Shown here: positions 58,370 to 60,433 of the stretch, one piece after another
Layout of the letters: each line of letters begins with the position of its first letter
Position numbering within the stretch: the stretch's first letter is position 1
NCBI GenBank assembly: GCA_944393205.1
Contig: CALXZI010000005.1
Coordinates: 1-60,433, forward strand
Reading direction: 5' to 3'
Length of the DNA: 60,433 bases
From: an uncultured Alphaproteobacteria bacterium
GTDB taxonomy: Bacteria > Pseudomonadota > Alphaproteobacteria > RF32 > CAG-239
The notes under the pieces: generated by a model
What the model was told of the DNA's origin: nothing
The model's input: the letters and a program-made list of their open reading frames with translations, nothing else
Database searches by the model: none
Position numbers and translations under genes: made by a program

Positions 58370-60355
58370 ATGATTGAAAAAGAATTTAAAATTGAAAGTC
58401 CGTTTGAGCCATCAGGTGACCAACCACAAGCAATTAAGGAATTATGCGATGGTTTGGCGCGCGGCGAACGCAGCCAAGTGCTTTTGGGTGTGACCGGTTC
58501 GGGCAAAACTTTTACTATGGCTAAAATTATTGAACAAGCCAAACGGCCGGCGCTGATTATGGCACCCAATAAAATTTTGGCAGCGCAGCTTTATGCGGAA
58601 ATGAAGGAGTTTTTTCCGCACAATCGGGTGGAATATTTTGTTTCGTACTATGATTATTATCAGCCGGAAGCCTATATTCCCAAAACCGATACTTATATTG
58701 AAAAAGATTCGGCCATCAATGAGCAAATTGACCGAATGCGTCATGGTGCCACACGCAATGTTTTGGAAGAAAATGATGTGATTATCGTTGCCTCGGTTTC
58801 CTGCATTTACGGCTTGGGCAGTATGGAATCGTATTCTTCCATGGCGTTTGGGCTTAAAGTCGGTGATGTGATAGATCCCGCCGATATTTACCGCAATTTG
58901 GCCGAATTGCAATATGAGCGCAACCAGATAAATTTTGTGCGCAGCACTTTCCGCGTCAACGGCGACACGTTGGATATTTTTCCGGCGCACTATGAAGACC
59001 GCGCCTGGCGGATTTCTTTTTTTGGTGATGAAATTGAAAGCATTGCCGAAATTGATTCTCTGACCGGCAAAAAAACCGCCGATTTAACCGAAATCACGGT
59101 TTATCCGGCCAACCATTATGTTACGCCGCGGCCGGCGCTGTCACAGGCAATTACCCACATTAAAGAAGATTTGGAAATCCGTCTGCAGGAACTTAAAAGT
59201 CAAAACAAACTTTTGGAGGCGCAACGTTTGGAGCAGCGCACCCGTTTTGATTTGGAAATGCTGGAAACGACCGGACATTGCAAGGGAATTGAGAATTATT
59301 CCCGTTACTTGACAGGACGTAAACCCGGCGAACCGCCGCCGACTTTGTTTGAATATTTTCCCAAAAACGCGCTTCTGTTTGTTGACGAAAGCCATATTTC
59401 CGTGCCGCAAATCGGCGGTATGTTCCGTGGCGACTTCAACCGTAAAAGCACGCTTTCCGACTATGGCTTCCGGCTACCGTCGTGCATAGACAACCGGCCG
59501 TTAAAGTTTGAAGAATGGGACGCCATGCGGCCGCAGACGATTTTTGTTTCTGCCACACCTGGGGATTGGGAACTGCAGCAAAGCCACGGAACTTTTGCCG
59601 AGCAGGTTATTCGTCCGACCGGTTTGACCGACCCGCTTTGCATTGTGCGTCCGGTGGAAAACCAGATTGACGATTTGATGAACGAATGCCGAAAAACCGC
59701 TGCCAAAGGCGAGCGCGTGTTGGTCACGACATTAACCAAAAAAATGGCGGAAGATTTGACCGAATACTTAAAAGACAACGGTATCAAAGTGCGTTATATG
59801 CACTCCGACATTGATACGTTGGAACGCATTGAAATCATCCGTGATTTGCGCTTGGGGACGTTTGATGTGTTGGTTGGCATCAACCTGTTGCGTGAAGGTC
59901 TGGATATTCCCGAATGTTCGCTGGTGGCAATTTTGGATGCCGATAAGGAAGGTTTTTTGCGTTCCACCCGTTCACTAATACAAACCATCGGTCGCGCCGC
60001 GCGCAACGCCGAAGGGCGGGTAATTTTGTATGCCGACAAGATAACCGGCTCCATCCGTGAGGCTTTGGACGAGACCAACCGCCGCCGCGAAAAACAAATC
60101 AAATACAATATTGAACATGGCATTACCCCGCAAACCATCAAGAAAAGTATTTCTTCCACCTTAAAAGAGATGACCGAAACCGACTTTGTCAAAGACGATG
60201 CGGCAAGCGTGGAAGAAATCAAGAACGTGGAAAAGAAAATCAAAGAATATACCAAGCTCATGAAAGAAGCCGCGCTTAATTTGGAATTTGAACAAGCCGC
60301 CGTTTACCGCGATAAGCTTAAAGAACTGGAAGCTTTGGCAATCAAAAATTTGTAG
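58370..60355 (+). CDS. uvrB: Excinuclease ABC subunit B
   Basis: [52 protein letters not shown]-terminal UVR domain. Confidence 0.97.
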   Translation: MIEKEFKIESPFEPSGDQPQAIKELCDGLARGERSQVLLGVTGSGKTFTMAKIIEQAKRPALIMAPNKILAAQLYAEMKEFFPHNRVEYFVSYYDYYQPEAYIPKTDTYIEKDSAINEQIDRMRHGATRNVLEENDVIIVASVSCIYGLGSMESYSSMAFGLKVGDVIDPADIYRNLAELQYERNQINFVRSTFRVNGDTLDIFPAHYEDRAWRISFFGDEIESIAEIDSLTGKKTADLTEITVYPANHYVTPRPALSQAITHIKEDLEIRLQELKSQNKLLEAQRLEQRTRFDLEMLETTGHCKGIENYSRYLTGRKPGEPPPTLFEYFPKNALLFVDESHISVPQIGGMFRGDFNRKSTLSDYGFRLPSCIDNRPLKFEEWDAMRPQTIFVSATPGDWELQQSHGTFAEQVIRPTGLTDPLCIVRPVENQIDDLMNECRKTAAKGERVLVTTLTKKMAEDLTEYLKDNGIKVRYMHSDIDTLERIEIIRDLRLGTFDVLVGINLLREGLDIPECSLVAILDADKEGFLRSTRSLIQTIGRAARNAEGRVILYADKITGSIREALDETNRRREKQIKYNIEHGITPQTIKKSISSTLKEMTETDFVKDDAASVEEIKNVEKKIKEYTKLMKEAALNLEFEQAAVYRDKLKELEALAIKNL

Positions 60356-60361
60356 TTTTTT

Positions 60362-60433
60362 TTATCTCCAAGAGACATAAATTCGGCATTGAGTGGCGTT
60401 TTCGGCACATTGGTTGCAAAGCGTGTCAATATC
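60362..60433 (-). CDS. Possible 3' end of a convergent gene (partial)
   Basis: Open frame from the window edge to TAA at 60364-60362; only 24 codons. Confidence 0.3.
   Translation of the reverse strand, partial: DIDTLCNQCAENATQCRIYVSWR

Overview
The window looks like chromosome of an anaerobic, probably gut-associated alphaproteobacterium (inferred from gene content). It has four parts. (1) 1.0-11 kb: a metallo-redox locus with nickel-pincer cofactor genes larB/larC/larE and a Ni transporter but no larA. It also has a Tat-signal aldo-keto reductase, tatA/tatC, a polyferredoxin membrane protein and a Tat-signal DUF362 protein, under three MerR-type 19-bp-spacer promoters. (2) 11.9-33.2 kb: a minus-strand surface-polysaccharide cluster (GT2s, rfbA/rfbB, 2,3-dehydratase, 3-ketoreductase, aminotransferase, two FabH, two ACP, an adenylating enzyme). 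It is headed by a serine invertase lacking its catalytic motif and contains a (CA)16 tract inside a short leader ORF. (3) ~33.6-57.8 kb: a ~24-kb element next to the 3' end of a tRNA-Ile2(CAT). It carries a large serine recombinase, DUF2924, a replication protein, DUF6362, an interrupted sigma-like gene, a lambda-like cos site and a small terminase, but no capsid, portal, large terminase or tail genes. Its cargo is defence-rich, including an invertible Type I R-M system and a frameshifted PrrC-like gene. The most unusual feature is a non-coding array of ten units with near-invariant geometry (TGT-N4/5-ACA-N12-ACA-N29-TATAAT, minus strand) upstream of the sigma/cos/terS module. (4) 57.8-60.4 kb: the tRNA, a duplication of its 5' end, and uvrB. 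All family names are from motif recognition by eye; no database searches were run.
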